DNA of 64,000 nucleotides, from NCBI GenBank assembly GCA_002189035.1, contig NEEC01000021.1, forward strand, positions 1,550,001 through 1,614,000, written 5' to 3'. Made by a program: the position numbers and the translations under genes. This document shows, piece after piece, positions 1-13,305 of the stretch; positions within the stretch are counted from its first letter, which is position 1, and the number at the start of each line of letters is the position of its first letter. The DNA is from Utricularia gibba. Taxonomy: Eukaryota > Plantae > Magnoliophyta. The notes beneath the pieces are model-generated. The model saw nothing but the letters and a program-made list of their open reading frames with translations, was not told the DNA's origin and searched no databases.

Positions 1-428
1 TCCAGTATTTGGTCTCACGCAATATTTTTTAGGGTTCGTAGTTTTCACCTGAATAATGCAGCGACGACAAAAGATTAAAATTCGCATCTTTATCGCATCA
101 AAATCTCGGCAGACTAAAATCTAGAGTTTGAGCAATTAGCATCAAAGCGTACCTTGAATGCAACAAAGTCGTCCAACTTGTTGGTCAATCGTAACGTACA
201 TGAGATCTGCTTCCTCAATTCAACTTCCAACAGAAAAAAGAGAGAGAGAGAGAGACGATATAAAAACTTGGGAAAATGCAAATCCCAGATCCGTGAGAAG
301 ATACACCAAACAACATCCAAGAATATGAAACTAGGGAATCGTGAAAATGTGAAAAACTAGCAAAGCAAGAGATTACATGGAAACTGAAGCTCGAGTGGTT
401 CGATTTGAAGAAGGTCTCCGGCAGTCAT
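1..428 (-). CDS. VAP27: VAP27/PVA-type vesicle-associated protein (MSP domain), 5' part; gene runs off the window start
   Basis: Exons 428-377, 223-153 and 48-1 with GT-AG borders splice to MTAGDLLQIEPLELQFPFELRKQISCTLRLTNKLDDFVAFKVKTTNPKKYCVRPNTG, the MSP-domain signature of VAP proteins. Confidence 0.92.
239..254 (+). repeat. (AG)8 microsatellite in VAP27 intron 1
   Basis: agagagagagagagag seen directly, at the polypyrimidine tract of the minus-strand intron. Confidence 0.9.
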
Positions 429-1006
429 TTCTCAGCGGATCGCTCTAAATTTTGGCAATCGGGGGATTTTGTAGGGATTGAGACGTTGGCGGAGACGCAG
501 AGAGAAGCGAGTTGCAGCCAACCCCAGGGGCGAACAAGGTTCGGAAGGGAAGGAAGAAGCTTCCTTCTAAGCATTTTATATATTTTTTTATAAAGATTAA
601 TATTGATGCTATATATACGGACAATCTGGGAAGGACACGTGGCACTCCATCCTGGGCTTTATTTTTTCCTGTTTTTTTCCCTAGTTTCAGCTAGAAGTGG
701 TAATGACCTGACAGTCAGGAAAGAAGGGAATCTGATATATGAACATCAAATAAGAGAAGCTTCTAACAAGAAAAAGGGAGAATCTTTCTCTTACATGGCT
801 TGTTGTTTCATTCTTCTTCTTTGTCCTGTTTATTTATTACAATGAAATATCACACCACAAGCGAACTTTCAAGCGTGCAAGGCGCTGATATTTTACATCT
901 CATAAACTACATGTATGACATACCTGAAGGAAAAGAAGAATGAAAAGAATTCACACACTTGAAGGACATGGTTATGGATGTGCTTTGTCACACAAGCACT
1001 TGAACT

Positions 1007-3711
1007 CTAGTTCATTATTGCCTTCTTCACTGCTTTGAAAGATGATCTGATGAAACTGTTTCTTGATAGGTCATGCTTGTCATCCATGGCAGAAGGTTTC
1101 TTTCTCAAGGAGTCTACTTTCTTTTTCATGCCTTGGATGAGGGATGGAGAAGAAGGGATTCGTCGAAACTCAGCTCCTTTGTTCCTTCTCATTCTATCAT
1201 CAGGGCTGCTCATTCTCCTCATACCTTGACCATTGGAAACCATACCTTGTTCATTCGTTTTATCTGTTAGTATTCTGTAGGGAGGATCGTTGAAGTATGT
1301 ATTGGTTGCTCTTGTTTTCACATTGTGTGGTGGTGTCTTCTCGTTTTCCTTTTCACCTTCTTCGATTCTTTCAGCACAATGCGGTTCCTCAGGATTAGAA
1401 CTTCTGATATCTCTGTGGGGAATTTTCATTCAGCCTCTTGATCAATTCCTCACTTCTAGTTGCATCATTTTCAGCTTCCTCTTCTTGTTTCTCCTCCAGA
1501 AACTTCAACCATTTCTCTATATTTTCTTTGCCACGTTCTCCTCTTTTGCTCTTTTCATCTGGATCTAGGTGAACGTTCGCATCCCGTCGGTGTCATTTAC
1601 ATCCACACCTGTTCCCAGCACTGTAATCTTGGTACTAGTTTCTCTCTTTGCTTCAACGACTCTTCCTCCTCACATTTCTCATTTAAATGCAACAACATTT
1701 CTGGTTCGTTGAGAGTAGTAGGTATGATCTCCGGCAGCGGCTTGCAATCATCTTTCATTTGCATTGTAGAACTCTGTTCAATTCGAGGCAAACCATCTTG
1801 ACACAGAGTATCATATGTTCTTGACCTTTTCCTGGAATGCTCAATCGCTGGAATTATCCTTTTCTCCAGCTCTTCCCTTTGCTTAGATCTTTCAAAGAGT
1901 TCCCTCTCAGCGGAATCACAAAGCGCTTTCTGGGCTTCAAGTCTCGCAAAAAGAGCACTTGCTGCTGCTTGATTCAGCCGCATTTGTTCCTTGTAGACAG
2001 AACTCCTTGAAAAGAAAACAACATGAGAACAATCAACTAAAAGAACAACCATTATAATGAACTCACTGGTGCATCGAGTCTCTGATCATCTTCTCCAGCA
2101 TTATCCTGTAAGATGATTGTGATTCTACAAGGCGACGGCACTTTTCAGCCCGGCGCTGTTTCTTCATCAAAATAGCCTCCAGCTCTTGTATAGACACCTT
2201 TTCCTCTTCGCTTTTCTGGTGAATTTCACTTACTTCATTGTCTAGCTTCTGTATTTCTGCCTGCATCTTTGCCGCTGCTTCTCTCTGCTTCAACGAGTCT
2301 CTAGCCATAGCAATTGCTTGATACGGGTTGGCAGCCTGCATTGGGTCTTCATTTTCTTTAAGAAGGTGCTTTGTTTTCCTCGCAGCTAGAGACAAGCCAA
2401 ACAAAGCAGCTATTAGGATCAAACTAAAATGAGTCACTAGAATTCGAGCTTGATCCTCACCCACTATAGGCGTGCCTGATCTAGGCCTTCTATTAAAATC
2501 TAGTGATTTCAATGGACCTTCACACGGATCTTTTCTCGTTAGAACAACAGCAGCTGGAGCAAGGCCTACTTGCCTTCCTGCTTCCAAGAAATGTCGAGGG
2601 AAAGTATGAAAATCCACTGTCTGCGACGCATGTAGTTCCTGACTCTCCCCGTCATAAAATAACCACGAGTAGGCCCTTCTCCTGAAACGAGAACAGCTCG
2701 TTCTTTCCATTCAAATAAACTGCAGAATTTTCAGCACTTTGAAATCGTAAATAACCATTGCAACTAACCTGAAGTCGGAATTGGACGATGCAAAAATGGA
2801 TAAGAACTGGTTAATCGAAATCCCAAGCTGAAAATCCCACCAAGGAATGAGAAACTCCAACTTGTTTTGTTTACGTTGCAGACTTGCAACTGCAGGATTC
2901 TGAGGTTGCTCGGAACTGTCATTCCGCCCCCTGCAGTTTCATGCACGAACTTAGAAACCCGAAGAAACCAACAAAGCTAAAATCTTCAAAGTGTCGTTTA
3001 CTTGAACCAGTTTCTTACTTGAGCACGGAAACCAATGGTCAATGTCCCATGCCAGAGGTGAAGCTGCATCCGCATGATAGTACAAGACATTACCATAGGG
3101 ATCGACTCGAATCATTTCCGGATCAAAGCCAGCATTTCTGAAAGAAAAAAGAAATACTAGTCTTTTCACCAAAAAAGATACATAGAAAATGAAGCATTAG
3201 CGGACAAAACAAAAAGGAAACCCCTTTCAGTTACCCAAGATGATTGAGCTGTTTCCAAAGAAGATTAATAAATATCTTGGGCTTGGCAGTACACTTTCTC
3301 TGAGGATTAATGACAGGAAATAGATCATCGACAACTTGTGCCCTTGAATCCTACATAATCAACAAACAAATAGTCCGTTGTAAAAACCAAATTTCTTCTC
3401 AAATCTCTCTCAGAAAACCCCTCAAACTCCAATGCATTATAGCAACGGAAAAGTGTTTCAGGCCTTTCATCGAACAGAAATACCACAACTCCATAATTCA
3501 CTCCAATTCCTCATAATAAACAAGACCAAGTTTTCCAAGGCTCAATCACCTCTTGACGGGACAAAGCGTAAGGATTGAAAGTAAAAGGCGGGCCGTTGGA
3601 GAAGGGCCCAATCCCCTGTCGCGGCAGAGCTTGGCGTAGGCTCTTGGTACCCCAGGAGCTCGTCGACGGCCATTTCTCCGCCGTGAACAGAATATCACCC
3701 GCACTCTCCAT
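1007..3711 (-). CDS. Uncharacterised conserved plant protein with an HNH-like (beta-beta-alpha-Me) motif and long coiled coil; several -1 homopolymer frameshifts as assembled
   Basis: Spliced reading gives MESAGDILFT...RAYAKLCRDRG.GPFSNGPPFTFNPYAL...LWKQLNHLGNAGFDPEMIRVDPYGNVLYYHADAASPLAWDIDHWFPCSRGGMTVPSNLRILQLQVC...NKLEFLIPWWDFQLGISINQFLSIFASSNSDFR, then E/K/Q/R-rich helical exons (ORFs 2063-2710 and 1597-2052) and a last exon ending at 1007. Confidence 0.8.
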
Positions 3712-4206
3712 CTCGGAGGAATCAAAGCTGAGAGCGCAAAACCAAGAGAAGGTCTCTGTGCGTGGATTTACACAACGGTCGGATACTGGAAGCCATTGTT
3801 GCAGTTTTTGAAAAAAGAAGAAACCGGTAGGCCAACGGCTAGCTGACGACAAATTGGAGTATTGTGGGCCCCATCTGCTACTCACTTATTGCCCTATTTA
3901 ATTAATTATGATTAATGAGCTTTCCCTTTAATGATTGGAGTTTGTTAGAAATTAGAATTATTAATATTTTACGAATATTTGTATTTATTTATTCATGGCT
4001 CATTAACCTTTTAAAAAGTAGCCCATTTTGTTTCTACATGGGCCACTCACCAAGCCCCAAAGTTCCAGAGGCTACACGACGCCGTTTTGCGAGTTCGGGA
4101 AACCCTTCCGTCGTTTTTCCATTGTTCGAGACCCTGAGCTCGCTAGAGAACGGAGATTTCGAACTCAGCCTTACGAGCTCCGGCGTGTTGGATTGTCTGC
4201 TGATTA
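3712..4206. promoter_or_regulatory. Compact bidirectional promoter shared by the HNH-like gene and CCT1, with site II elements
   Basis: Divergent ATGs about 495 bp apart; AGCCCA (about 4020) and TGGGCC (about 4039) site II motifs follow an AT-rich core. Confidence 0.55.
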
Positions 4207-7200
4207 ATGGCGATTCATGCTCAGACTCCTGATATTTCCGGTGACGGCAGTCTGGACAGGATGTTCGCACGCAGAACGGTAAAAAGTCTACTTCTTTGGC
4301 TCTTGGAAGTAATGCTTCGAAATGGATGGTGATGTGTATCTTCTTTTCTTGTTATAATGCGTTTCGTTGGGCGTGTATGCAGTTGTAGCTTGCCAGGCAG
4401 TCGCAAACATTGTCAAATCCTCGCTTGGTCCTGTTGGCCTCGACAAGGTGCCACTTTGTTTAGTACATTTTTTCCATTTCGTCGATGTCGTCCTGAATTG
4501 GAAATCAAGAAGTCATTCTTTGGGTTGATTATGCTGTTTCACTTCAGCATCCATTCGCGTCATTTGAGCCAACGCTTCGTGCTTTGTTTTGTGTCGTTCA
4601 ATGCATGAAAAGTTATTGTGATTTAATCTAATATTAATAAATCTGTTTATGTAATACCTTTATCAAAAAGGCACTGTCGATTAGTCGAAGACCCTTAAAG
4701 GCACTGTAGTATGTGTATCTTAATGACAAAACCAGCAACGTGAAATGGTTTGATCTTGTTTTATATCAGATATGCTTATGCTGGTGAGTTTTTGCTGCAG
4801 TATACTGAATTTTGAATTTTTCTCCTATATTTGACTTTAAACTTCAGATGCTTGTGGATGACATTGGTGATGTGACAATCACAAATGATGGTGCCACTAT
4901 ATTGAAAATGCTTGAAGTTGAGCATCCTGCAGCCAAGGTGAATGAGTTGTCTTTTATCGTTTAGTATTGGAGACCATCGTTCTTATCTACCCTGCCTTGT
5001 TGTGTAGGTTCTTGTTGAGTTGGCCGAATTGCAAGATCGAGAAGTTGGTGATGGAACAACTTCTGTGGTCATCATAGCCGCAGAGTTGCTCAAGGTGCAT
5101 ATTCTGCGTATTGGTTATTGTGTAAACAATGTAAATACTGTCCACGGTTAGTGGATGATGAATGATTTTTGTTTCTCACTTTTTCTTTATCATTTTCTTC
5201 AGAGAGCTAACGATTTAGTGAGAAATAAGATCCACCCAACGTCAATTATCAGTGGATACAGAGTGAGCTCATAAGTTTATACATATTACCTCTTTTTTCT
5301 TATTCATTGATTCATTTCACGGTTACTTTTCAGCTTGCGATGAGGGAAGCATGCAAGTATGTAAATGAGAAACTGGCATTGAAGGTAGCAGTCATGTAAT
5401 TACCTTTAATACCAGATCTTCATTTTTTTAGAATCGGTGTAATGAGAGTATGAATTCAAAACATACTCGAACTTGATGTTTCATTATTTATTTTTGCAAC
5501 GGGTGGATTTGAAAATGATTTATGTATTTTCTTTGCTATTATTCATTTTCATTGTCTCCATGAAAAAGATTGAGCTTCGTGTATCACATTTCTAGTCCTT
5601 TGAAAAGTGGTGTATCATTATTTCACTGAGCATCAAGAATCCTTATTGTTTTTTCTCATTCTTTGCTATATTTTTGTAGGTTGAAAAACTTGGAAAAGAC
5701 TCTCTTATAAACTGTGCAAAGACCTCCATGTCCTCAAAGTTGATAGGTTCTGATAGTGACTTCTTTGCAAACCTGGTGGGTTGAAGAAATAAGTTCTTCT
5801 ACATGATAAATTTATACACTTGCGTAATCTTGTCCACATTGCTATGATTTTTGAGTTTTTTTTTCCCATTTTTTCTGTAAGGAGTTGATGATATTTAGTC
5901 TCTTATTATTTTTTCCAAGCCTTAGAACCTGAAGACATTTTTTGCATTCAATGCAACTAAGTCCAAGTTAACTTTAGGTTGTAGAAGCTGTGCAAGCTGT
6001 GAAAACAACAAATGATAAAGGCGAAGTCAGATGTCCAATCAAGGTACTATCAGCAGTTAATGTTTTATTTTTCATCGTGTTACCTTCCCGCGGGATTTGT
6101 TTGCAACCAGCATTACACCATCATCATTATGCCTTTTTACAAGAGCAATAAGTTTTATGATCTTCATGATCTCAGGGAATCAACATTCTTAAAGCCCATG
6201 GGAAAAGTGCAAAAGACAGCTATCTGCTCAAAGGTTATGCTCTCAATACAGGACGTGCAGCACAGGGCATGCCGCTGAGAGTTGCCCCTGCCAAGATTGC
6301 TTGCCTTGATTTTAATCTTCAGAAAACTAAAATGCAAATGGGAATCCAAGTTCTAGTTACTGACCCCAGGGAGCTGGAAAAAATTCGCCAGAGGTGATAA
6401 GTTATTTTCATCTGCTCTTCTTGCTGTTCACAGAAGCTAGAAGTTTTATGGTTATTTTCTATATTATACTTTTGATGTACTAAAAGTGAGAGTATTTCAG
6501 AGAAGCTGACATGACAAAGGAACGCATTGAAAAACTCCTTGATGCAGGAGCAAATGTAATTTTAACAACAAAGGGAATTGATGACATGGCACTCAAGGCA
6601 AGTCATGACTTAGTTCTGTTTTTTGGTGCCTCATTTTGTGCATTGTTTGAGTTGGTGTGTGTGATTTTGTATTGCACAGTATTTTGTGGAGGCTGGTGCG
6701 ATTGCTGTTAGACGAGTAAGAAAGGAAGACTTGCGGCACATTGCCAAGGCAACCGGCGCTACAGCGGTATTTAATGTTTCATCACCAATTTCATTTTTTG
6801 TCCCTAAAACGCGTGTGGAAAATATTTCACTCCTGGGCTTATCCCCGGGCTATTTGGTGCAGGTCTCAACATTTGCTGACATGGAAGGTGAAGAAACGTT
6901 TGATTCTTCCCTTCTAGGTTATGCTGAAGAGTAGTTGAGGAACGTATTGCAGATGATGATGTGATAATGATAAAGGGGACCAAAAATACAAGTGCGGTAT
7001 GGAACTGCAGCATCCCAAATGAAGTTTTTTTTTGTTTGTTTACAACTTTGTGGCCATAATCTAAGGCTAATCTTGATCTGGCCTCAGCAGTCCCCAGTTC
7101 CATCCTTTTCAACTTAACTTTATATCTTGAGGTTGTGTCCCAGGACTGACTTATAAATGCATTTGCTTCAGCTCTCTTTAATCCTTCGAGGTGCCAGTGA

Positions 7201-8096
7201 CTTCATGCTTGATGAAATGGACCGGGCTTTGCACGATGCATTGTGTATTGTCAAAAGAACTCTAGAATCGAACACTGTGAGTGCCTCTTTTCATTTTATG
7301 ATCCTTAGTTTTGAGTTATGTCTTCATCTGAATCGCCTTTTTTTTTTCATCTTCGGCCTGCAGGTTGTTGCTGGTGGAGGTGCCGTTGAGCGCCCTTTCT
7401 GTGTACCTGGAGAACTTGGCTACCACATTGGGATCCAGAGAGCAGCTGGCCATCGCAGAATTTGCTGAGGCCTTACTAATCATACCAAAGGTCTTTTTCT
7501 GTATACACACTGGAACTGGTCAATGGTTCTTCTGCTATTCATATTGCTTACATGGGAAATCGTGAATCTCATGTCCAGGTGCTGCTGTGAATGCTGCTAA
7601 AGATTCAACTGAGCTGGTAGCCAAGCTAAGAGCCTACCACCATACCGCACAAACCAAAGCTGATAAAAAGCATTTGTCAAGGTACACAAATGCCAACAAG
7701 CCAATAATTCCTTCCACTTGGTTTCATTCATCAAGGGGCTACTCTGGAACCATGAAAAGAATGGGATGTATCCTGGACAACCCAGCATCATGACAATAAG
7801 TCCTATTCTCACCCTTTCTCTGCTTTTGGTTCTTTCCACAGCATGGGTCTGGACCTGGTGAAAGGCACAGTGCGCAACAACCTCGAAGCTGGCGTCATCG
7901 AACCTGCCATGAGCAAAGTGAAGATACTTCAGGTTACTGTTCCAGCTCCCGACTTTCCCATATAAACACTGGGATTTCAGCCTAACTCCACTGTTTTCTA
8001 CTACGCCAGTTTGCCACAGAAGCAGCCATTACCATCCTTCGAATCGATGACATGATCAGGCTCGTGAAGGATGAAACCCAGAATGACGAGGACTGA
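4207..8096 (+). CDS. CCT1: T-complex protein 1 subunit alpha (cytosolic chaperonin CCT1)
   Basis: Multi-exon gene reading [13 protein letters not shown](R)[85 protein letters not shown] and [17 protein letters not shown]; stop at 8094-8096. Small deletions near 4238, 6930 and 7390. Confidence 0.96.
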
Positions 8097-8879
8097 AATG
8101 TCGTCTTGCCTGAGCATGGAAGGAAGCTGTAGTTCTGACTTGAACATGGTTGTGCTTTGCGAGCTCCTACACTCTTAGCTGTAGTGTTCTTCCTCCTATT
8201 TGTGTCACCATTCCTGAAACGACATGCTGTTTTGCGGATCTGTCTCCGGTTCAAAGCTTCGTTTTTCAACCGGTCTAATGCTTCAGCTGTTGGACCGTTT
8301 TCAAATGACTCGGAATTCTCAAATGAAACACGGTTCACATTTTTCCAAAGATAATGTTTCGCGAAATTAAAATATATTGGGAATTGCACAGCCATACGTC
8401 TGTGTGGGCCCCACCCAAAATATATTATTTTAAAAATGCGGACGATGAAAAATATACAATAATAATAATGAGACATCCATTTTCCAATTGGGCCCCACGA
8501 GATTTTATAGCGTAATGTTGACATTGTATTTGGAATAATATTCATTAAGATTATAGTCGAATATATTTTTTATATTTATGTCGAATAATTGTTATAATGA
8601 CTCATTAATTAAATTCCTCCAGATAGTCACTAAAATGGAAACAAAATAAAAAAAATTAAGATTTATAATAAATACTGCAAAATAATGTGAAAGGTTATTT
8701 AATGTTTTTATTTTTTTACATATTTGGCCAATATTCTGTGTATATAAATGAGAGAGGAAAGAAGCGTAGGGTCACTGGCGACTTGGTGTTTTCTCCTCCC
8801 TATCATCATCTCGTTTTCTCATCGCCAGTGCTCCGCCGCGTTCCTTCCCCGTCCGATCGGAGTCAACCGGAAGAAGAAG

Positions 8880-9382
8880 ATGGATGCGCCCACCGTGTGC
8901 TGTATGTGCGGCGACGTTGGGTTCCCGGAAAAGCTCTTCAACTGCTCCAAATGCCGCCACCGCTTCCAACACTCGTACACTCCTCCCCGTCTTCACTTAT
9001 CTTACCGTACACCAGAACACTTATCCGGTCACATCAGGCGCGGTTATTTTGATTCTTTTCTCTATGGCACAGTGAGCCGGAGCAATCGTACCGTGAATTT
9101 CAATAACTCTAACAGTCAATCATGGCGTGTGTGGTGAATACTGGGACAGGTACTGCAGTAACTACTACAGGGAAATCACAGAGGCGACTCCGCTATGTGA
9201 TTGGTGTCAGCGCGAGGAGAGAGACTCGTCATCTGGAAACAAGGTTTTACTCGGAGCAAGTCAGGAAAAGATCACCGGGATCGGGCTCCACGGTGGAAAG
9301 TGAAGCCGCACGGCGGCGGAAAGAGCAACTCCCTCCGGCCCCCACCCGCCGGTATAAGCTTCTCAAGGATGTAATGTGCTGA
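8880..9382 (+). CDS. Small PHD-like zinc-binding protein (CCMCGDVGFP...RRYKLLKDVMC family)
   Basis: Exon 1 MDAPTVCCMCGDVGFPEKLFNCSKCRHRFQHS; exon 2 YCSNYYREITEATPLCDWCQREE. The conserved C-terminus RRYKLLKDVMC* lies in a shifted frame (one frameshift). Confidence 0.85.
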
Positions 9383-10794
9383 TCCGGTTGGATCTCAGAC
9401 AAGATCCACTAAAGGTAAAAACCCGCATGTAATACTATGAATCCACTAGTCTTGGTCACGTCTTAGTACATGCACTGGGAGACATCATGTGTTTATGAGA
9501 AAAATGTACGTCTATGCAACAACCATTTGGTCAAATGAGCAAGACATGCAAATTAGTCGACTTTTCGAAGAGAATATAACCCTAGAAGTCCGACGATTAT
9601 ATTCCCCCATGACATGCATAAACTAACACTAAAAGTAACATTGACCCATTGTCATGAATTCTATATCTCATATACGATATTGTATGCTTTGATACAACAG
9701 AATCATTTATAAAATACACATAAACCACGTTACACGTGCTTATGGTATTTCTTTATATAAGATTTGCGCGATCATTCTACTTACTTATATCTTTGATGAA
9801 TTCGTGCTTAATTGATGGGGGATTGACTAGCGTGTGAACATGTTTAGGGTGGGGACATGTTCAAAACAACAAGAATTGACAACGCTTGACTTTAAAATGA
9901 ATTAGAGGGAAGACACGGTCAAGCATCATGACTACTAAGGGACAAAAATAGAAGATGTAAGGACATTGGGAGGCTGAAGTTGATTGATTGGCCGGATATT
10001 GAATAGTGAGTCCACATTACTGTGCTAATTTGTGTATATTTGAAAGGTCGGGGACTAGAAACGAATAAATGAAATCTTGGGGTTAGGGCTCTCATTGGGT
10101 AAATGTAAACGGTTGGGCCGGTTGGACCCTCATGCCCATCGGCCAGCTCAATAGTTGGCCCATTAGGATTATATCATGTAAAACCCAATCAGCGCTATAC
10201 ACCCAATTCAATCGTCGGGGTCGCGTTGGCCTGGCCCTGGATTTGCCGCCGGTGATCGTGTTTTAGTTCCTCCGACGCCGCTGCTTGTGAGACGCGACAC
10301 GTATGGTCGATTGACGCCTTTTCTTCCCGCCCACTCATTTTCCAGGTGGAGATTTTTGCCTCTCTTCCGTCCTTTCTGCGGTTTACTGCTAGGGAATGGG
10401 ATCGCCCAGGCAGCTATTTTAGATATTCACCCTAAGGCGATTTCCTGAAAAGCACTAGTAGTTGGATATCCAATTCGTTTCAGGGGGAGTTAATCAGTGA
10501 CCTTGACTTTCCATCGCTTTAGTCAAACTGGCATTCTTTTCACTACCCCTAATCTTGCATTCTGTTGTGAGTCTTTTTTCCGAGAGGAGCGGACATTGTT
10601 GAGTAAGCTTCTTTGTTTTTTTTTAAAACATTGTTCTTCCAGTTGGAAATAATGATCCCTAGTTGTGGTTCTTTGAGTGGAATTAGCGAGTAATGTTATC
10701 AATCATGATTAATGAATGAAATCTTCTTTTTATCAGGTGGGTATTCGTAGAAGGAAATCTGTTTGTATCGGGACTCAGGATCGAGCTAGAGGCT

Positions 10795-11955
10795 ATGCAG
10801 ACCTGGGTGATTTCAAGCTGCCGAATTTTCACACTTTACGTAATACTCCTTTCTCCATAATGTCTCAAGTTAAAGTGCTTTAGTTTGCCATCACATTTCG
10901 CATGTTAAAGCTCGATCTTTTCATATTCTTGTAGCTTACAGCCAGTGAGGGATACTAGAGAGAAGCAAACACAACTATGGAAGGAACTAATAATTGAATA
11001 TTGTCGAACACAAAGGATATTTATAGTTGGACTTGATGAAGATTTTCCGTTGTTCACCAATCCCGTGATTGAACGTAAGTATTGCTAATTTGATTCACTG
11101 TTTATATTTCATTGGATCGGCTATCATTTCCTCTTGCTTTACTCAATGGAATTGAAAACAATGGACACCTGCTGTGAATGTCATAGTGTAATAAATGTAA
11201 ACTGCCTACTATATCATCCAAAATGTTTGTTTCAAGTGAAATATACTTCTTCTTGTTCAGGATCACTGAGCCACGAAGCCAGGGAGGCATTTCTCTCAGC
11301 CTTGGTGGTAGAAGGTTGTCCGCTTTTGTGACGTGACTTCTGTTCCGCAAGTTGGTGGCCTGCTTACACATTTTTATGCTACACAGGTCGAGCAGAATGG
11401 TTGGACAAAAGTCACAAAAAATGCATGCTTCTCTGGCGTCCGATCCAATCCTGGGCTGACTTGATTATAAGCTTTGTTAGTCTCAAATATTCTGATCAAT
11501 CTCTCCCAGAAACAGCTCCCATTCAAGTTCTAACCCTCTGCTCTCAGGTCAAGGATAATGGACTGGAGGACAGTGTGATGACCGTTGAGGAAATCCGCTC
11601 TGGCGTTGAATCTAAAGGGACAGGTAACACCCTGCAGCTCTCTGAAAGCAGCCATGTCAAGTAATTTCTACTTTGATCGAAGGAGCACTACAGTTTAACT
11701 TGTCTATAGATGTGTGTGTTTTGTGGGGATGGAAAGGGTTCAAGGGATTCAAAACCATGATGCGGTTTCTTCTTGTTGATCCAAAGTTTGAGTTCCAAGG
11801 TTCTTTTGCTTAGTCCTTTGTGAATGTTGACAGAGATTCATGGAATGGATAGCACGATTCTGATGCGGGCGTTGAAACACCTGGAGCACAAGGGAAAGCT
11901 AGCAATCTTCAAAGGTACCTCTGCCGATGACCAAGGGGTCAAGTTCTCCTTGTGA
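10795..11955 (+). CDS. VPS25: ESCRT-II subunit VPS25; first coding exon 14 nt short as assembled
   Basis: Six exons: MQT(L)GDFKLPNF..., LQPVRDTREKQTQLWKELII, SLSHEAREAFLSALVVEG, RAEWLDKSHKKC, VKDNGLEDSVMTVEEIRSG, ...FKGTSADDQGVKFSL*. Confidence 0.9.
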
Positions 11956-13305
11956 TCCCCTCTCTTGCAATATTCATATACATGACTGATTTCGACGTCC
12001 AGTTTTCATCTTATGCTCTCAATTCACGTCGTCACACACAACTCCCTCTACTACTCAATATTTATAGAATTTAATTATATTATACTTAGTTGTCGTTCTA
12101 AAAAATGATTTGAATAAACTGTACCCACAATTAATACTTGTTGCGATTGATTTAATAGTCGGGGAAAATTATATTCATATATATGATTTAGTATTAGAGG
12201 GGCGGAATAGTCAAACAATGGGGATGGGACCCACGGACAGAACACAAAGCTATCTATCTATCTATCAAATAACGGCCCCCAATGAAGGAGACATCCAGCC
12301 TTGGCTCCTCTGGAATCTTCCTTCCAATTCCAGTAAAAAAAAAAAAAAAAATTTAGCTTCGTTTTGGTTTTCACTTGTAACCGTTTACTTACCGCGGTTG
12401 ATTCACCGTAGCATGACACAAGCCAAAACACACATGCACCATCTCGAAATATATTTACAAAATGAAAATTACGATTAAATCGTTTTGAATCGTAAAAAAA
12501 ATATACAAAATTTATTGAAAACTAATAAGAATCGTGATAGAATTGTTTTAGATTGCAAATTATATTAAAACAAAAAAAAAAATCTCAAATCAAAATTGGA
12601 TAGTGTTGCGGTAAAAAATCAGAATAGTGATAATGATCAATTTCGGGTTACAGATAAAGCCAAACAGGTCACACTTATGATTAGTCGATAATTACGTGGT
12701 TTTTTCATCTATATCTAGTTTTTATGTAAAAATTATTTTTATTTTTTATTGCAACTACCATACCACACCTCTCAAAACCATAATATCTAAAGCGGATACA
12801 ACCTATTTGGCTTTACATATAACCCAAAATCAATCTTCTATCATTATTCCAATTTTCGATCACAACAAATAGTAAAATTATAAATATATAAGAAATTACA
12901 ATCAATGTTATTTAATCTTTTTTAATATAATTCATGTTTTTTATTCACTTCACACGTAGGATCTTTAATTTTAATAAATCATATTTACAAACGGTTCACT
13001 ATTTTGATTTTCGTCATTTGATGGATATATCCGACCGCATCGCAACTCATTTCATCCTAGTCCAAATTGAATACAAGTAATCGCCATTCTTTTATAAGAT
13101 CGAGTGAGATGGGATGGGATGCAAGTGGTCGTACGTGTAAGGAAAGAGCTTGATCGATCCCATAATCTGGCACCCACACTGAAATCCAGGCAAAAGGGTT
13201 AATTAAGCTAACGCCGGCGATGATCAAAAGTGAAGCACTGATTCTCTGCTTCTTCTGCTTCACTGGGTTATTATTGTTCAGCTACTGCTTCTGAAGGTTG
13301 TACCG

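Noticed and set aside
5886-5932. TGATGA...CTGA pair in a CCT1 intron as a box C/D snoRNA
   Set aside because: Only about 47 nt, with no terminal stem and no recognisable rRNA-complementary guide.
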